Shown here: positions 18,901 to 29,053 of the stretch, one piece after another | Layout of the letters: every line of letters begins with the position of its first letter | Numbering within the stretch: the stretch's first letter is position 1 | Assembly: GCA_050115495.1 (NCBI GenBank) | Contig: JASFQK010000053.1 | Location: forward strand, 1-35,369 | DNA from: Phycisphaerae bacterium | Lineage (GTDB): Bacteria > Planctomycetota > Phycisphaerae > UBA1845 > Fen-1342 | Reading direction: 5' to 3' | DNA length: 35,369 bases | Program-made: the position numbers and the translations under genes | The notes under the pieces: generated by a model | Seen by the model: only the letters and a program-made list of their open reading frames with translations | What the model was told of the DNA's origin: nothing | Database searches by the model: none

Positions 18901-19001
18901 GCCTCCGCAACGGCCACCCGTTCCTTGACGTGAAGCACGGCCACATCGACGTGAACAAGGTAATGGTCGCCGGCCAACCCGCCGAGCTAACGACGCCGTA
19001 G
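15948..19001 (+). CDS. GH116-family glycoside hydrolase (secreted) with an inserted beta-sandwich domain
   Basis: AAGGAAGG RBS; signal peptide; FPLGGIGAG, WSPFIPGNADDSSLPVA, GSCTHVWNYAQ, AADGQLG, HHNTYDIE, GCLSDG, YSDEVWTGIEYQVA, NPFNEYECGHWYARAMSS. Confidence 0.9.
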   Translation: MITSVPSTAALTALVLAALLPVGWASGGPLETAGRHEYNGPYAGEYLNRVAFPLGGIGAGMICLEGTGAISHVSVRNKMEFFNEPAAFAALCIRRPEGNIAKVLEGPVPTWKAFGGTGNGNGSAGATHGLPRFDEAQFLPRFPFASITLTDAEVPLEVEITGWSPFIPGNADDSSLPVAGLEYRFKNTSDQPIDAVFSYNAKNFIAAGGDGDTILPIDHGFVLWQAPADNHPEHEGGFAIFVDDVDTVVDHCWFKGGWWDAVTLAWSNISDGRLVANPPQEGRCPGASLFTPLKLQPGEERTIHLMLAWYVPRTTLRVGRDAEGPAFSSVPSHGTASGQQDVTGFVGQGLVNTFDPSGDGAIGTLTSPEFEITHDYIQFLIGGGNHPEKTCLQLLIGDKVVRSAAGKDAEKLEWTTWEIGDLKGQQAVLRIVDQARGGWGHVNVDQIVLTDRRWADANELMEHQARWGSVVKVVQDFEGEDYGGWVADPPAPKCDKTCCSTPEHHIPWYAGRFKNMDELTAYWREQYNRLREESTLFSDAFFDTTLPPEVVEAVAANLTILKSPTVLRQVDGRLWCFEGCCDTHGCCHGSCTHVWNYAQAICHLFPDLERTLRDTEFHESQDTRGHQTFRSCLPIRPVDHNFHAAADGQLGGIMKVYREWRISGDDEWLRAIWPQVRQSLDYCIRTWDPRGHGVLEEPHHNTYDIEYWGPDGHCSSFYLGALAAAVNMGSFVGDDVSQYRTLLAAGRTFLETKLYDGEYFYQLVQTEGLDATFHPLDPGDNGPGYADLVTTLNEQGPKYQYGTGCLSDGVLGFWMARACGLDRDIVDPAKVRSSLSAIYRYNLCRDLSDHANPQRPSFGLGHEGGLLLCTWPKGGQPALPFVYSDEVWTGIEYQVAAHLMMVGLVDEGLEIVRYCRDRYDGRVRNPFNEYECGHWYARAMSSYALLQGLTGARYDATSKTLYIDSRVGDDFRSFLSTATGFGTVGLRNGHPFLDVKHGHIDVNKVMVAGQPAELTTP

Positions 19002-19104
19002 CGGCCTGTCTCCGTGCCGGCCGTCGACGGCCAATCCGCGTTAACACCGCCGCGTAGCGTCGGCCCCCCGTGGCCGACGTCGAGTATCAGCAAGCATGTT
19101 CTCG

Positions 19105-20094
19105 TCACACCTGCTCCGGCGCTACGTCCGCCTCCCCCGCCGCGTCCAGCCGCTCCCGGCGACGAATGCGTCGCGAAAGCCGCCACAACGCAACCGCCGC
19201 CACCAGCGACACCAAGCTCTTACCCTGCCACTGCTCCGCATCCTGGGTGGCACCGAAGACGATGAAGAACGCCAGCGTGCCGGCGATCCAGGCCAATCGC
19301 TGGGAGTCGCGCCAGGTGCGTCCCTCGCCGGACCAGTGCACGAGCAACGTCAGGCAGGCGACGTTCAGGAGCACCAGGATGGTGAACACCAGCGGAAACG
19401 GCGGCGTCCCGTTCTCAAGGGCGTAACCCAGACCGATGAAGACAGTGGTCACGTTCACACAGCCGAGAACGAAAAACCACCGAGCCCGTGGCGCTTGCCG
19501 CGGTTCGACCGCGACAAGCTGGTTGGGCGCGAACCGTGCCGCGATCACGAGCGTCAGCAGCACCAGCCACGCCATCACGTAATGCAGTACTGGCGGCCGG
19601 TAATCTGTCAGCAACCACCCAACGGGCAGCCATAGCAGCAGGCCGGCGGCGCAGGCGACCAGCATCCCGCGTCCCAGCCACGGCTGCTTGCGCCGCTCGC
19701 GATAGAGCACGTGGGCCAGGAGGATGCTGGCCCCGATGCTGACGACCAAGTGGAAATGCAGCAGCATCAGGCCATAGCCCGCGTGTACCCCGCCCACGTA
19801 CCCGTACGACACTCCCGGCGTCAATTCGTGCCAGTCCGCGTTGAAAATCGAGCGAACGACGATGGCCTCTTCGTACACGCCGTAGGCCAGGCCAAGCAGG
19901 ACGAGGCTGGGCCAGCGCTTGTCCCAGCGGATCAGCAGCTCACGAACGAGCACCGCCCCGAAGCCGTACGGCAAGGCCATGATCACGAACGCCAGCGGAT
20001 TGAAGAACTCGGCGGGCCCCATGTGCCCCGAAACCAGTTCGCCGAGCAAAGGGGCGAGCAGCAACAGCGCCAGGCCCGGGGGAATGCGCTTCAC
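19105..20094 (-). CDS. Hypothetical integral membrane protein
   Basis: AAGGAGG RBS and GTG start; about 8-9 hydrophobic segments; 12 nt from the upstream gene. Confidence 0.8.
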   Translation of the reverse strand: MKRIPPGLALLLLAPLLGELVSGHMGPAEFFNPLAFVIMALPYGFGAVLVRELLIRWDKRWPSLVLLGLAYGVYEEAIVVRSIFNADWHELTPGVSYGYVGGVHAGYGLMLLHFHLVVSIGASILLAHVLYRERRKQPWLGRGMLVACAAGLLLWLPVGWLLTDYRPPVLHYVMAWLVLLTLVIAARFAPNQLVAVEPRQAPRARWFFVLGCVNVTTVFIGLGYALENGTPPFPLVFTILVLLNVACLTLLVHWSGEGRTWRDSQRLAWIAGTLAFFIVFGATQDAEQWQGKSLVSLVAAVALWRLSRRIRRRERLDAAGEADVAPEQV

Positions 20095-20106
20095 GAGTGC
20101 TCCTCC

Positions 20107-22842
20107 TTAGCCTGTCCGGTTGGCCTTCGTCGAACCGGCGCCGCGGCGCGACCTCTCTCGCCAGCGCTGCCAATCGTCCTTGACATTCAGGTCCCACGCC
20201 CCGTCGTCCCAGAAATCGCGCGACACGATGGCCGCAATCTCGTACTCATCCTCGCGCCCATCTTCCGGCACTTCGTAGATCGTCAAGCCGAGGTGAGCCG
20301 CCAACCGCTGATCGAACTCGCGAAAGACGGTGCGCATCGCGCGGCCGATACTCTTCGGATACACCTCGAAACAGACGAGCCGGTCGTCCTCGGCGACGGC
20401 CAGCAACTGCCGGCCGACGACCCGGCCGGCGCCGCTGCGGGCGTAAACGACGCGCTTGTTGATATCCAGCGTGACCGCGACGGCCGAGTAGCTGAAGTCA
20501 CCGCCCAGTCCGAGGCACGAGCCGACATACGAGCCGAGTCGCAGGACCTCGAGTGCATCCTGCTCGATGGATAGCTCCACGCAACCGCAGCCGCGCACCT
20601 CGGCCCGATGGCTCAAACCCTGCTGCCACTTCGCCGGATCCAGCTTGGGGTGCTTCTTCAGCCACTCTGCGTTCCTGGGATGCTTCTCGGCGTAGTCCCG
20701 ATCGCCGCTCCAGTACGCCTTGAGCAACCGCCGCAACGCCCGTTTGTTGCTCGACACCATCTGCTGGAGCATCACGGCGTGCTCAGCCTTGCCGCTCCGC
20801 TCGGCGTTGGGCAGGCCGGCGGCCATCCGCTCGATAGCCAGTTGGTTGAGCACATCGAGTTGCAGGGCCAGCCAGCCTTCGCGGATCAGCCCCGCGTCAC
20901 GCTCGGCCTGCGCCGGCCGTAGCGGACGTCCTTCGTGCAGGTGCTCCCGCAATCGCCGCGGGATCGGATTCGACGTGCCGGGGCCAACGTGCGCCTCGAC
21001 CAGCGCTGCGAGTTCACGAACGTCGAGCGTGGCGGGATCGACGCGGCACAGCGGATGCTCGGCGAACAACCGGATCAACGCCTGCCGCACTGGCGTGTCG
21101 ATCGCCCCGAGCGTCTGAGCCGCTCTCAAGAGCTGTCGCGGACAACGGTCGAACGCAGCGGCCGCCAGCCGCGGGCTGACCTCGCACATGGACCAGAGCC
21201 CCAGCCCGATCAGCCACGCAGCGTTTTTCGTTCTGGAGGCCGATTCGAGCTTGTGAAACGACGCGTCCTGCGCCTGCTCGACAACCTGCCACTGCTCGGG
21301 GGGCAAGCCCGAGAAAACGCTCAGCGCGAGTTGCACACGCGCGTCCTCCCGGAACGGCTTGTCGCACACGCGCCGCAGCACGCGGAAGAACGGCTTCAAC
21401 GCGCGGTCGAGCCGTGGAGAATCGTCCCAGTAGTCAATGACCCTGCGTAGCGCGTCCAGTGCTTTCGTGCGATACTCAAGGCGAATGGACTCGATCTGCT
21501 CGATGAAGTGCGGGGCCTGCCCACGCACGAAACGCCATTTCTGTTCGAGTTGGGCCTCGCTGAGTTCGTCAAACACAACGCCGACGAGCGTGTCTAGCAA
21601 TCGGCAGGCGCTGTGCGGATCGAGCCGCCGCCACGCTGGGTCTTCGAGGAGTTCCTTGAGCCCCTCCAGCCCGGAGCAATGCTCCCAGAGCGTCATGGCC
21701 CGCGCCGGCCACCAGTTGTCGGCGTCTTCCACAAAGTCGGCGAAGCCCTTCACCGCCGGGCCCACACCCTCCAGCGATGCCTTGTGCTCGAATGTGTAGT
21801 CGCGCCGGTACTCGTTCGCCAGCGTGAAGCCGTCGATCACGTAGCTCAGGCTGTATCCCTCGGCCACGCATCCCAGCGCGTGGTACATACGATGACGGTA
21901 CGCCCAGTCCGGCGACAGGACGTCGGCCCGCAGCAGCCCGCTGGTGGTCTTCTCGTCGAGTTCTGTCTGGCATGCCTGCGATTCGTTCACCAGCTCCGCA
22001 AAGTGAACGCATCTCGCCGGCGGCATCTTCGCGATCAACCCACACCAGGCCGCTGCATGCTGCTGCGACGCAACAGCCAGCAGCACGCTGACACATCGCC
22101 GCAACTGCGTATCCTGCTCCAGCCCCAGCGCCCAGTACGTGGACAAGACTGTGGAAACGTCCTTCCAATCACGGTCCCGCAGGCTCCACAGCAGGTGTCG
22201 CCGAAAGCAGCTCGGCAGAGCCGCAATCTGCTTCCGGTATTCCGCCGTCCAACACCGACCGGGGGCCTGCGGACCATCGCAGTTCGATGACTCCGGCGGT
22301 TGCTCCTTCTCGATCTGTGCCGCCGCTTCATCCAGGTACGGACCCAGTCGGGCCAGGATACGTTCCTCGTCAGCGGGGACGCACAGGTGTGAGCGCAGGT
22401 CGACTGGCGGCGTCTGAGGCGGTTTCGGCGGCTTGTACTTCGTGCCGCGATACGCCCGCGGGTGTGCCGCCGTGGGCCGTGGCGGGGCAACCGGCTCGGC
22501 GATCACCAGGGGCGGAACCGCCGCGGTATCCACCGCCGGGTCGGCGATGGTGTCGTTCAGCACACGCAGGACATTGACCAGGGTCTCCGTGCTCCAGGTC
22601 GAAACGCTCTCCAGCGTCCCCCACGCCGCGAGCAGCCGCCGCTTCATCGGCGCGATCGCGTCCGGGACATCCGCCAGCGACCGAACCTCCTCGACATACG
22701 GCCCCTCCGCCGGCGGGGCGAGCACGAAGCTCTCGTCGATGTCCTCCGGCGGCTTCGGCCACTCGAACTCCGCGAGCCGGCGGCTCACGACGCCGAACAA
22801 TCCGTCGGGTCTCCTAAGGATTGTGGTCAGCCAACTGGTCAT
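20107..22842 (-). CDS. Large hypothetical cytoplasmic protein (~910 aa)
   Basis: Long ORF; C-terminal segment LEVLRLGSYVGSCLG..SAVAVTLDINKRVVYAR..VVGRQLLA looks like a folded domain. Start moved to ATG 22842 because the upstream part is a non-coding repeat. Confidence 0.7.
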   Translation of the reverse strand: MTSWLTTILRRPDGLFGVVSRRLAEFEWPKPPEDIDESFVLAPPAEGPYVEEVRSLADVPDAIAPMKRRLLAAWGTLESVSTWSTETLVNVLRVLNDTIADPAVDTAAVPPLVIAEPVAPPRPTAAHPRAYRGTKYKPPKPPQTPPVDLRSHLCVPADEERILARLGPYLDEAAAQIEKEQPPESSNCDGPQAPGRCWTAEYRKQIAALPSCFRRHLLWSLRDRDWKDVSTVLSTYWALGLEQDTQLRRCVSVLLAVASQQHAAAWCGLIAKMPPARCVHFAELVNESQACQTELDEKTTSGLLRADVLSPDWAYRHRMYHALGCVAEGYSLSYVIDGFTLANEYRRDYTFEHKASLEGVGPAVKGFADFVEDADNWWPARAMTLWEHCSGLEGLKELLEDPAWRRLDPHSACRLLDTLVGVVFDELSEAQLEQKWRFVRGQAPHFIEQIESIRLEYRTKALDALRRVIDYWDDSPRLDRALKPFFRVLRRVCDKPFREDARVQLALSVFSGLPPEQWQVVEQAQDASFHKLESASRTKNAAWLIGLGLWSMCEVSPRLAAAAFDRCPRQLLRAAQTLGAIDTPVRQALIRLFAEHPLCRVDPATLDVRELAALVEAHVGPGTSNPIPRRLREHLHEGRPLRPAQAERDAGLIREGWLALQLDVLNQLAIERMAAGLPNAERSGKAEHAVMLQQMVSSNKRALRRLLKAYWSGDRDYAEKHPRNAEWLKKHPKLDPAKWQQGLSHRAEVRGCGCVELSIEQDALEVLRLGSYVGSCLGLGGDFSYSAVAVTLDINKRVVYARSGAGRVVGRQLLAVAEDDRLVCFEVYPKSIGRAMRTVFREFDQRLAAHLGLTIYEVPEDGREDEYEIAAIVSRDFWDDGAWDLNVKDDWQRWRERSRRGAGSTKANRTG

Positions 22843-22858
22843 CGCCCCGGCACCCACC

Positions 22859-23411
22859 AGTGATTCCGGTCGCGCGGCTCGCCGCGCGGATAACACCGTA
22901 TGTCCCGCCCATGGTATACGACCGGCGTTCCCCCTCAAAGCCGCGTCCCCCGCAGCGTCCCGCACATCATGACGATGCCGGCGCGGATCGCCCCGCCCCG
23001 GCTCCCTTGGCAGCGGGGGCGCGACTCCAGCGCCGGCATCGGTGCCGGCCACATCCCCCCGCAATCGGCCGGCTGACACGCCGCTACTTCCCAGTGACCA
23101 TCATGTCGGCGAAACAGGGTGCCCCGGCACGCAGATCGACCGTGACGATCCGCGCACCAGGGCGAGGAGGCCTGCAGGAGTATGACCTCGCGCGCCCCCC
23201 TCGCGCGAGTCACTCCACCTGCTATGGCTCGACGAGCAAGGCAACGAACGGCGAGATGTCGAAGTTGTTCACTTCGCCGTCGCCATTGCAGTCGGCGTTG
23301 AGAATATCGCACTCCGGATACGCCGCTGCATAGCCCGTCGGGTCGGTAATCGCCAGCACGAACGGCGAAATGTCAAAGTTGTTCACTTCGCCGTCGCAGT
23401 TCACGTCGCCC
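22859..23411. repeat. About 550-bp direct repeat, copy 1 (dockerin-coding 3' end plus downstream flank); copy 2 at 29052-29546
   Basis: Near-identical sequence, e.g. GACGATGCCGGCGCGGATCGCCCCGCCCCGGCTCCCTTGGC and GATCGACCGTGACGATCCGCGCACCAGGGCGAGGAGGC in both copies. Confidence 0.92.
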
Positions 23412-26377
23412 GGCGTCTCGCAGCCGTCCGGCACGCCGTTGTGGTTGTAGTCGGTATCGCAGTCTTCGCCGACGCAGTAGCCGCCAAAGTCGACCGAGAT
23501 ATCGCACTCGTCGGGGATACGGTTCTCGTTGCAGTCGTTCGAAGGGGCGTCGTAATCCCCATCGACGATGAATGCGACCGACTGCGTCCAGCCGGCCACC
23601 TCGTCGTATTGCTGATTCCAGCCGGTGGCAGCGCTGAATTCGAGCGTGTTGCCGTTCGCCGGGTGCGGCGTCACCGGCACCCACCACGGCCCGTTATCGC
23701 CGGTGCCGTCGAGCTGGAAATCGAGCCAGTAGGTTCCGGCCGGCAGATAAACGCTGCCCAGGTCGCACACGATCTCGTTGATACTGCGTGCACAAGGCTC
23801 GTAATACTCAGGGTCACCACCGAAGACGCGCCAAACGCCACTGTGTGAGGACGACGTACAATAGTTCGTGCTGGTGTCACCGAAGACGACTGCGCCGCCG
23901 GCGTCGGGCGAACCATCCCAGAGGCGGATGCTGGCGAAGTTGATGGTCGGAGGATCCTCGTCGGTCTGGTAGGCGTAGAGCCTGATCTTATGGATCCGGC
24001 AGTCACGCGCCAGCGTGAAGTCATCCGCGGCGCGCCAGCCATCCGCCACAGAGCAGTTCCAGCCGTAGTAGGTACTTTCGCTTTCGATATACGACTCGTC
24101 CTCGTAGTGGCAGCCGGTACCGTAACTGGTGATGAGCGGGCCGTTGTCCCAGATCACGCTGCTGCTGATCCCCAACTGGCACTCGTCCGGAATCAGGTCC
24201 CGCTGGCAGTCTTCGCTGACCTTGCCGTCCCCATCGGGATCGGAGGAATCGACGTCGCAATCGTCCGGGATGCCGTTCTCGTTGCAGTCCGCGGCGAGAC
24301 CGAGGGCCAGCTCGCACTCGTCCGGTATTCCGTTGTCGTTGCAGTCCATCGTATCGCACTCGGTGCCCGCCCCCAGCCAGGTGCCATCGCACTCGGCCTC
24401 GGTGGTCACGGTGCAGAACGGCTCGGCCCCGCGGCAGCAGGCACCAGTGGGCGCGTTGCAGGTGAGCGACGCGACGTAATGGGTGCCGGGAAACTCGTCG
24501 CAGGGTGGCGCGTCGAGCGACTTGTGCGAGACGCACGCGTAGTAGGTGCCGGGCTCGACGACCATCGAGACAGTGCCTTCCTCGCAGGGGACAAGGTAGA
24601 GATACGGCGCTATGTAACCCGTGTTGTTGTCGCAACCCGGAACGCCAGGCAGGATCTGCTCAATGAAGCCGGTGCGCGTCCTGCTCTCGGCGACGACGGT
24701 CCAGGTGAGCTCCGTTTCCTCGGTGACGACGATCTCGTACCAGTCGTGGTCATCCTCGGTGCAGGTACCGCAGATGACATCGCCGCAGGCGATGGGCTCG
24801 AAGATGTTCGGCTCCGCGTTACAGCCGTTGTTGGCAGTCTCACCACAGGCTTCCCGCTCGGTGATTGCCCCATCCGGGCACGGGGTCATGCACGGGCACA
24901 GGTCGCAGGACACGCCCAGGCCGAGGAACATGCCATCGATGCACTCGGCCTCCGAGGCGACCTGGACGCAGGAGCCGTCGTCGTGGCAGCAGGCACCTTC
25001 GGTGGGCGCGACGCAGTTGGCGGTGGTGGTGATGCCGGTCGGCTCGACGTCGCCTACGCCATCCTGCGCCAGAAGGACATCATAGCCGGAACCATCGTAG
25101 ATGTAGTACTCGGTCTGGTAGGGCCAATAGACCCCGGCGGTGAAGACAGTCGAGATTTCGTCGCCGTGGTTGGCGAAGAAGCGGAAGACCTCCGGACCGT
25201 AGCCGATGCCCATGTAGATGTTGTCGAGAACCACGACGCCATTGACAAGGACGTCGAGCCGGGAGTCGGACCACCCTGCACCGCTGGTGGAATACAGCTC
25301 GACGCGATGGTAGCAAGCCGCTTCGGTGCAGGGATTCGGGTCGCAGGGGATGTCGTCGCCGAGGTACTCGCCGCCGGCGGCGACGCACGCGGGGGCGGTA
25401 AGCATCTGGCAATCGTCGTCAATGCAGCAGGCGCCGGTGTGCTCGAAGCACGAGATAGTGAGTGTGCCGGGGCCGACCTCGGAGGGCCCTCGGCCACCGA
25501 TCTGGACGAGGTATGACTCGCCGGCGACGCATTCGACCTCGACGGCCGACCCCATATCCCCGGAGCCACAGACCGAGCTGTTGTCTTCGTTGTAAGCCAG
25601 CAAGGTCGTCGGCGGGCACGCACACGACTCCCAGACGGCGAGCCTGGTGTCGCAATCACTGCCACAGGTGTCGAACATCACCGGGCCGTTGCAGGTCGCG
25701 GTGTAGCAGTAGAACAAGTCGTTGTTCATCAAGGTGTACGTGTACGGCCTGATGCCGCTGGCGGTGGCCAGCGACGTGTCGAACGGGAGGTCGACGACTT
25801 CGCCGATCGGGATCGCGCCTTCACAGTCGTTGTTCTCGGCAGGCTCGTCGACCTTGATCTCGACGGCGTAGGACTGAGGGCCGGTGCCATTATTGAAGTA
25901 CACGGGATGGAGAACGGTGCCCGGGCCGGGCAGGCCGTGCCAGTAGAAGATGGGGGCCGTCACGCCATCCGGACAGGCGTAGAGCTCGTACCGGGTCTGA
26001 ATCGTGCGGTCCCAGCAATCGCTGCAATCGTAGTAGACGTAGTTACTGGCGCCGCTGATGGCGAAGCCCTGGCCACAGTAGCTGATGGTCACGATGTTGG
26101 ATTCGTAGGGGAGCTCGATTTCCCACCAGGTGGCGCGCTTATTGAACCCGCTGGGGCAGTCGATGGTGGCCTCGGTGTTGTCGCCAGTGGCGAGGAAGGG
26201 GTACGGCGGTGTGACGAGCGTGGCATTCTCGCACTGGTCGTTGGCCGGCGTATCCCGTTGCGACATCAGCGCCGCCGGGGGCCGCTTGCCCTCGGCATCG
26301 ATTGTCGGATCGGATGCGAGCACGACGCCCGTACATAGGAGTACGACGCCGAGCTTGAGGATCTTCACGTTCCGCAT
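23222..26377 (-). CDS. Secreted Cys-rich multidomain protein (1051 aa) with DCN.NGIPDEC repeats and C-terminal dockerin-like domain
   Basis: AAGGAG RBS; signal peptide; ND.C..A modules; GACC modules; Asp-rich [11 protein letters not shown] repeats; tail [18 protein letters not shown]...[18 protein letters not shown]. Confidence 0.85.
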   Translation of the reverse strand: MRNVKILKLGVVLLCTGVVLASDPTIDAEGKRPPAALMSQRDTPANDQCENATLVTPPYPFLATGDNTEATIDCPSGFNKRATWWEIELPYESNIVTISYCGQGFAISGASNYVYYDCSDCWDRTIQTRYELYACPDGVTAPIFYWHGLPGPGTVLHPVYFNNGTGPQSYAVEIKVDEPAENNDCEGAIPIGEVVDLPFDTSLATASGIRPYTYTLMNNDLFYCYTATCNGPVMFDTCGSDCDTRLAVWESCACPPTTLLAYNEDNSSVCGSGDMGSAVEVECVAGESYLVQIGGRGPSEVGPGTLTISCFEHTGACCIDDDCQMLTAPACVAAGGEYLGDDIPCDPNPCTEAACYHRVELYSTSGAGWSDSRLDVLVNGVVVLDNIYMGIGYGPEVFRFFANHGDEISTVFTAGVYWPYQTEYYIYDGSGYDVLLAQDGVGDVEPTGITTTANCVAPTEGACCHDDGSCVQVASEAECIDGMFLGLGVSCDLCPCMTPCPDGAITEREACGETANNGCNAEPNIFEPIACGDVICGTCTEDDHDWYEIVVTEETELTWTVVAESRTRTGFIEQILPGVPGCDNNTGYIAPYLYLVPCEEGTVSMVVEPGTYYACVSHKSLDAPPCDEFPGTHYVASLTCNAPTGACCRGAEPFCTVTTEAECDGTWLGAGTECDTMDCNDNGIPDECELALGLAADCNENGIPDDCDVDSSDPDGDGKVSEDCQRDLIPDECQLGISSSVIWDNGPLITSYGTGCHYEDESYIESESTYYGWNCSVADGWRAADDFTLARDCRIHKIRLYAYQTDEDPPTINFASIRLWDGSPDAGGAVVFGDTSTNYCTSSSHSGVWRVFGGDPEYYEPCARSINEIVCDLGSVYLPAGTYWLDFQLDGTGDNGPWWVPVTPHPANGNTLEFSAATGWNQQYDEVAGWTQSVAFIVDGDYDAPSNDCNENRIPDECDISVDFGGYCVGEDCDTDYNHNGVPDGCETPGDVNCDGEVNNFDISPFVLAITDPTGYAAAYPECDILNADCNGDGEVNNFDISPFVALLVEP

Positions 26378-26406
26378 GTCCTATCTCCTTCGCTGCCGAG
26401 GAAGAT

Positions 26407-26439
26407 GGATACGGGCCGCGATCACAGCGGCCCGCATCC
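26407..26439 (-). other. Intercistronic hairpin between the FGE gene and the dockerin gene
   Basis: 13-bp stem GGATGCGGGCCGC/GCGGCCCGTATCC just upstream of the RBS; no U tract. Confidence 0.45.
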
Positions 26440-26507
26440 CGAGATCATTCGATCAATTGAGGTGTACCGTAAACCGCTGATCGGCACACACGCGCTAAAC
26501 CACGGTC

Positions 26508-27485
26508 CTACCGCCTTCGAATCACGCCCACGATACCGAGCACCAGGAGCGCGAGCGTGCCAGGCTCAGGAACCTCGCAGACACGAAACCCCGTGGTGTT
26601 TTTCCCGATCGTCGGGGAGCCGTAGTAGCGGTACGACGCGCCCAGGTGACCGTCAAGGCCGCCGTACCACCCGCCCCGCGTGCCGCGATACGACCCGTCG
26701 GAAAGGATCGCTTCGTTCCACTCCCATACATTCCCACCCTGGTCGAACGTGCCATACGGGCTGGAGGAGTTCTCGAATTCACCGACTTCGGTGCGGTAGT
26801 ACGGCGAGCCGATGGTGTAAGAGAAATTGGCGTTGTTGCCCGGATCGGGATCGATCAGGCCGTTACTCGGGGCGGTGTCGCTGTTCGTCGGGTAGTCGAA
26901 GTAATTGCCGGTCACACCGTCATTCATGTGGTACGCCGCCTTGTACCACTCATCCTCTGACGGGATCACCCACGTCGCGTCAGCTTCACGCGTAATCGCC
27001 TGTAGTTCGGAGTGGCTCATCGCCCCGTTGAGGAAGTACGACCCATCTTCCGTCGTTCCCAGGCCTTGCGCCCCCGTCGGCTGGCCGTTGTGCAGCCAGT
27101 TGGTGAAGCGCACCGCGTCGCCCCACGACACGTAGTTCACCGGACGGTTAGCCCAGTCGTCCGCCACGGCGTACGTGTAACTGCCGGCAGAACCGCTCCG
27201 CACGATCATGCAGGCGTACGTGCCCGACGACATGGCCGTGTCGTACAGACCGTACGTGTCGGTCGCGGCCACGGCGTTGAGAAACGCTGTGTACTGACTC
27301 GCCGTCACCTCGTACGTGCCGATGTTGTACGTGTAGTCGACGGCCCCGTATCCGTCGCCGTGTGTGTCGTTCGGGTTCCCCGGGTTGCCCACGGCGACCG
27401 TGTCGATCACCACGTTCGCCCCCGCTCCGGCGGCCCAAGTGCAAACCACGACCACGGCCAGTAAGGTTCCAATTCGCTTCAACAT
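26508..27485 (-). CDS. FGE-sulfatase domain protein with PEP-CTERM tail (paralog of 5794-6825)
   Basis: AAGGAG RBS before ATG 27485; signal peptide; same FGE motifs; VPEPGTLALLVLGIVGVIRRR. Confidence 0.9.
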   Translation of the reverse strand: MLKRIGTLLAVVVVCTWAAGAGANVVIDTVAVGNPGNPNDTHGDGYGAVDYTYNIGTYEVTASQYTAFLNAVAATDTYGLYDTAMSSGTYACMIVRSGSAGSYTYAVADDWANRPVNYVSWGDAVRFTNWLHNGQPTGAQGLGTTEDGSYFLNGAMSHSELQAITREADATWVIPSEDEWYKAAYHMNDGVTGNYFDYPTNSDTAPSNGLIDPDPGNNANFSYTIGSPYYRTEVGEFENSSSPYGTFDQGGNVWEWNEAILSDGSYRGTRGGWYGGLDGHLGASYRYYGSPTIGKNTTGFRVCEVPEPGTLALLVLGIVGVIRRR

Positions 27486-27697
27486 AGCTAGTCTCCTTCC
27501 TCTCTTTGGGCGCCGACCGGAACTCCCGGTTCGCCGCCACGGTCCCCGCGATCGAGCTCCTCCGATGGAACTCCTCCTGAGATGCCGAAGGCAGGCAGTC
27601 CAACTCCGCGACAAGTGTTGCTGGCCACCGCCCTGTCCTCCACGGCGAGTGCGCGGCTTCGTGAGAAACGGCCGACTGAACGCACCTCGCAGCCCGT

Positions 27698-27726
27698 ACT
27701 ATATCGAGCCCAATTGTCGTGGTCAA
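27698..27726 (-). promoter_or_regulatory. Putative promoter for cargo operon 4 (TTGACC-17-TATAGT)
   Basis: Near-consensus hexamers; palindrome ATGTTTT-tg-AAAACAT at 27738-27753 upstream. Confidence 0.7.
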
Positions 27727-27767
27727 TATCTTCCGTGATGTTTTTGAAAACATATGTACCGCTGTCA

Positions 27768-27796
27768 TTGCCAACCTCGGTCGCCTGTGGTACTCT
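27768..27796 (+). promoter_or_regulatory. Putative promoter for R4 (TTGCCA-17-TACTCT, extended -10 TG)
   Basis: Back-to-back with the cargo promoter; in-frame ATGs at 27800 and 27806. Confidence 0.6.
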
Positions 27797-27805
27797 TGCA
27801 TGAGT

Positions 27806-29053
27806 ATGGCGAACAGAGATCATACGGTTATGGGACGCTCGGGCACTTTCAAGGCGGATGTCTCGGAAGTGATGACCCGCCTGCGCAGTGTGCTGGCTCA
27901 GTTAATCGCGGCCGTGCCGGACGACATCAGCAAGGGCGCCGATCTGCACCGCTCGTTCCACCTCGACCGCACCCTGAGCTGGAAAGTGTTCAAGGTCGCC
28001 CACGCCGCCGATCCCATTGCGGCGGGGGCCCACGTCCCCAGCCCGACGAGCATGGAGACGCTGTTTAAGGCCGCCCGAAAACGCGGCGTCCCCGAGGCGC
28101 TGATCGAGTCGGCGGCGCGGGCCGCAGCGGACTTCGAGGATCTCGTCGCGGCCCACGCGGACGACCGGGCCGCCTTTGACTCGATGGTCAGCGCATTGGC
28201 CCGCGACGACTCCTGCGACCAGATCGACCTCGTCCACCGCCGTCTCGGCTTTCGCGCCCAACGCCACATTCTGGGGGTGCAGGCCCGGACGCAGGTCAAG
28301 CTCCTCGCGCTCCAGCCAAGCCAGGACCCGCGATGGCTGGATGCCATCCTTGTCCAGGGCTTCGTCGGCCTGCGTCGCCTGCGGGGGGACGCCCCCTTCA
28401 TCATCTCCTACTCCGGGGCACGTGATGACGAGGGAGCACCCGTGCAGGTGCAGCGTCAGCCGCTGGGGCTGGCGAGTGACAGCGACGGGATGTCCCTGAT
28501 CGCCGAGTATTGCAGCCAGCCGCTGCCAGAGTTCCAGATTTCCCGGGTGGGAGACGGCTTCCTGCGCGGGGAGGTCCTGACCCGCGACGTGGGCAACCGT
28601 GCAGCCGTAACCTGCTTTGAGGGGCATGTCGTCTCGCCCGGAATGCCTCGCTACCGAGAGAAGGGCAACGATGTTGTCGCGAGTGTGGTAGTGGTGCGGA
28701 ACCCGTGTGAGATGCTCGTGGTGGATCTGCTGGTGCCGTCCACATTGTATGGTCCCGTGAAACCCAGTGCATACGTGAGGACGGACCACGTAGGCGACTC
28801 ATCTCGGGACCTGGTCACGAGGTGCGATTACCGCCTGCCGGGCAGGCCGGCGGTCCACCATCTTGGACGGAGCCCAGTTGTGCTCCACACGCCCGATGTG
28901 CCGCGCTACGCCGAGTTGGGATATGAGGTCCTTCGGCGCGCCGGTTGGAACGCCGAGGACTTCGACGTCTACCGCTGCCAGATCGAGTATCCGGTCATGC
29001 CCTCTTCTGTTGTCGTGCAGTTCGATCTTCCGGAAGCCCCCGCGACGCAGTAG
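27806..29053 (+). CDS. Uncharacterised family protein R4, putative HTH regulator
   Basis: Motifs KGADLHRSFHLDRTLSWKVF, HADDR, LGVQA, GLRRLR, YCSQPLP, GWN...FDVYRCQIEYP; exact start uncertain (27800, 27806 or 27830). Confidence 0.85.
   Translation: MANRDHTVMGRSGTFKADVSEVMTRLRSVLAQLIAAVPDDISKGADLHRSFHLDRTLSWKVFKVAHAADPIAAGAHVPSPTSMETLFKAARKRGVPEALIESAARAAADFEDLVAAHADDRAAFDSMVSALARDDSCDQIDLVHRRLGFRAQRHILGVQARTQVKLLALQPSQDPRWLDAILVQGFVGLRRLRGDAPFIISYSGARDDEGAPVQVQRQPLGLASDSDGMSLIAEYCSQPLPEFQISRVGDGFLRGEVLTRDVGNRAAVTCFEGHVVSPGMPRYREKGNDVVASVVVVRNPCEMLVVDLLVPSTLYGPVKPSAYVRTDHVGDSSRDLVTRCDYRLPGRPAVHHLGRSPVVLHTPDVPRYAELGYEVLRRAGWNAEDFDVYRCQIEYPVMPSSVVVQFDLPEAPATQ

Noticed and set aside
5794..27485. 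Diversity-generating retroelement targeting the FGE-fold (CLec) genes
   Set aside because: No reverse transcriptase ORF and no template repeat with adenine-specific mismatches in the window; the two paralogs differ at all base types.
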